A stretch of DNA of 63,424 nt, counting the filler, from Lenisia limosa (lineage: Eukaryota > Protista > Breviatea): NCBI GenBank assembly GCA_001655205.1. It is 15 parts of 15 records of this genome, joined end to end, with 100 filler letters (N's around TTAATTAATTAA, not from the genome) between each part and the next. Parts side by side here need not be neighbours in the genome. Positions count along the whole stretch, not along the records: positions 57,261 to 63,424 come from LPNZ01000120.1; 14 more parts are not named here. The stretch is one strand, 5' to 3'. This document shows positions 61,267 through 63,424 of the stretch, piece after piece. The stretch's first letter is position 1, and each line of letters opens with the position of its first letter. The translations under genes and the position numbers were made by a program. Below the pieces are notes generated by a model. The model ran no database searches and was not told where the DNA came from. It saw only the letters and a program-made list of their open reading frames with translations.

Positions 61267-62127
61267 TCACTCAGTGCTCTTGCAAACCATTTGATCTTGG
61301 CTTCTCAACATAGAAACTGCTAATCCAGCAGCTGCACCTTCAAGGTAAAGGCGTTCTTCAGGATTCAGGTTCTCAATTCTTGGATCCATTTTGATTGTAG
61401 CTCTTGCCTTTGCCTGATCGGGTGCCAAGTCTTCTCCTGATTCAAGCAGCTGAACAGATCTTCTAAATTCAACAGTGTCCGAAATTGATGGTTTCTCCAT
61501 GAACTTCGGTGTGCCTGGAACTGAAAGATAGAGATTCGGTGCTTCTGTGGGTGCATTCAGATTAATATCGTTGAATAGCGCTCTGAGATAGGGGTAAGTG
61601 ACCTTGGGGTACTCTTCAGTTGATAGACGATAAACGATTCCTTTCTGATACTTTTTAATTTTGATAAGGTTGGGATCGAAACCCTTTGATGAATAGCCGC
61701 AGTCCAATTGTGAACATTTATGGTTTTGAATGAAGTCTCAAAGAAGCAGAAATTATTTCCATCACTTTTGGTTCTTTCATATCACAACAAATCAAAAGTA
61801 TAAGAGAACACCCACCGTCTACAGTCCTGAGAGAGAAACTTGTCCCTTTGTTTTCTATTTACTTTGGTATGAACATAGCTATCTCCAACCTATGAGATAA
61901 GTGTGTTTTCCTTCAAACAAACCTGAAGAAAATGGGAGGTAAATGGAGGTTCCATGGCTAATATAGTTCCATCTCTCAAGAAAGCAGTACAAATTGCCTG
62001 AAAAGTGAAAGTTGATTTCTTCTACCAATACCTCAGGTGTCACATGAATTCTTGCATTATCATCAATTGCAAGAATGGGGCTGCTTGGGGAAGAATTATA
62101 AGTTTTTGCCATGAGGTGAAGACCCAT
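61267..62127 (-). mobile_element. pogo/Tigger/Fot1-like (DDE_1) transposase-derived sequence with small introns
   Basis: PILAIDDNARIHVTPE | 34-nt intron 62031-61998 | AICTAFLRDGTILAMEPPFTSHFLQ (61997-61923) resembles DDE_1 LL..D...H...E....I.L..LPP.TSH.LQPLD. The next exon needs a frameshift, and a 146-aa open C-terminal region follows (61707-61267). Confidence 0.55.
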
Positions 62128-62837
62128 TAAGAAAGACTCTGTTGTGAAATAAGCACTTAATCAAGAACCTTAATTGAAAGATACAAAGACCAATTCCCAC
62201 AAACTTTGAAAAAATTGAGAAAAAAAAATGGACAGCACCAGGCTCGATCCTACCCTCTTATGATGCTAAGCAGTGCGTACACCCACAAGGCTAGCGCTCC
62301 CAAAGATTTGTTGCGTAAAGAGGAAGTCCAAGCAAAAGGGACGCTGCTTAAATAGAAAAAAGTTCAGTTCAGTTCAAAAAACCGTGAATTTAATTTTTTA
62401 AAAGTAAAAATCGGTATTTCCTCTGGCTTTAATTTACTGTTTACTCGGAAGAAAATATCACAGTTTGCGTCAAGTTGTGACCTAAAAACTACGGAAACAG
62501 AGCATATTTCATAACCTTCACAGTTTTGGTCCGGGAGCACAATGTTTTTTTTATCTGTTTTTTTGAGTATTTAACTTATTTTTAGGAAGAATTGAAGCTA
62601 AAGAAAAAGCTGAAAAATCTATTCCTATTATTGCCCTTACAGCTCAGGTTTGCGTTCATTGTAGATATCATACTACTACATACATATTTCATACATATAT
62701 CATATATCATATCATATAGTATACATACATACATGTAGTATATTACATACTGACCTCGATAAGTCCTGACACGAATGTTTTTCTGAATATATTCAAAGGA
62801 ATTTACTTCATTTTTCAAATTGAAAGTGGGTTATAGT

Positions 62838-63280
62838 CAAGGTGTTCAAATTTATGTTTGAAACTTTGTTTCCTTTTATGGATTATTTAGTGAATCCTTT
62901 CACTAAATTCATTAAAAATGACATTTTTTGGGCTGTTTCAGCCAAACTGAGTTCAAATTGTCAATTATACGTCACAGCTTCCTGAGAGTTTATCATGTTA
63001 CCCTGTTTTACCAAGAGTATCCTTCAAAAAGTTTTGAATAAAAAAAATATGAGATTAGGAGCTTAATTGATATTTGAACTGAATACTGGAAGTGACTATT
63101 GCTAAATCAATATACACAGATGTGGTTTACAGAACTCATAATACAAGCCTATGGGATTCACTAAATTCAATAATGAAAAAATAGTACCAAATACTGTCAA
63201 TTTTGATGAATTTAGTGAGTAGATTCACTAAATAATCTGTAGATGGAAAAATGGTGGAAGACACAAATTTGGACACCTTG
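62838..63280. mobile_element. ~440-bp element with ~90-bp imperfect inverted arms
   Basis: CAAGGTGTTCAAATTT..GATTATTTAGTGAATC..TCACTAAATTCAT.AAAA.TGACA pairs with TGTCAATTTTGATGAATTTAGTGAGTAGATTCACTAAATAATC..AAATTTGGACACCTTG. No clean TSD. Confidence 0.65.
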
Positions 63281-63424
63281 TCTCATAAACTCAACTGTTA
63301 ATGTGAAAAATAAATAAAAATCCGTTTAAAATAGGAAAACTTTCGTGTCAGGACCGTATATACATATATATGCTGGGGCGCAGAAATCATGTCCGAAATG
63401 CCGAATTCATGTCCGAAAATTGTT

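Overview
Eukaryotic, AT-rich, intron-dense draft DNA, most likely a protist; an amoebozoan is suggested by a CD36/Lmp-type gene, but this is inference. The window is not one locus. It is 15 short scaffolds (one of them only partly in the window at each end) joined by an artificial N-TTAATTAATTAA-N linker, so neighbourhoods across linkers mean nothing. The ORF track misses most genes because the exons are small. By reading exons between GT..AG sites I could rebuild class I HMG-CoA reductase (5' part), a complete PILS/auxin-efflux-carrier-family transporter, the last exon of an FKBP, a PH-domain protein, an ankyrin-repeat gene, a CD36/LIMP-family protein, a SPRY-domain protein, Vps55/LEPROT, two adhesin-like surface proteins and several unknown genes. 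Two intron-containing DDE transposase relics (Tc1-like and pogo-like) lie near 60-62 kb. Introns are packed with short repeats. Some are ordinary palindromic MITEs (hAT-type with 8-bp TSDs; Tc1-type with TA TSDs). Three non-palindromic families (called A, B, E here) lie mostly in the sense orientation of their host gene. The most unusual signal is family A, a ~150-bp cassette truncated at variable 5' points whose 3' end repeatedly is the C-tract+AG splice acceptor of unrelated genes. Exon boundaries, copy numbers and family assignments were made by eye and are approximate unless exact TSDs or exon lengths are quoted.
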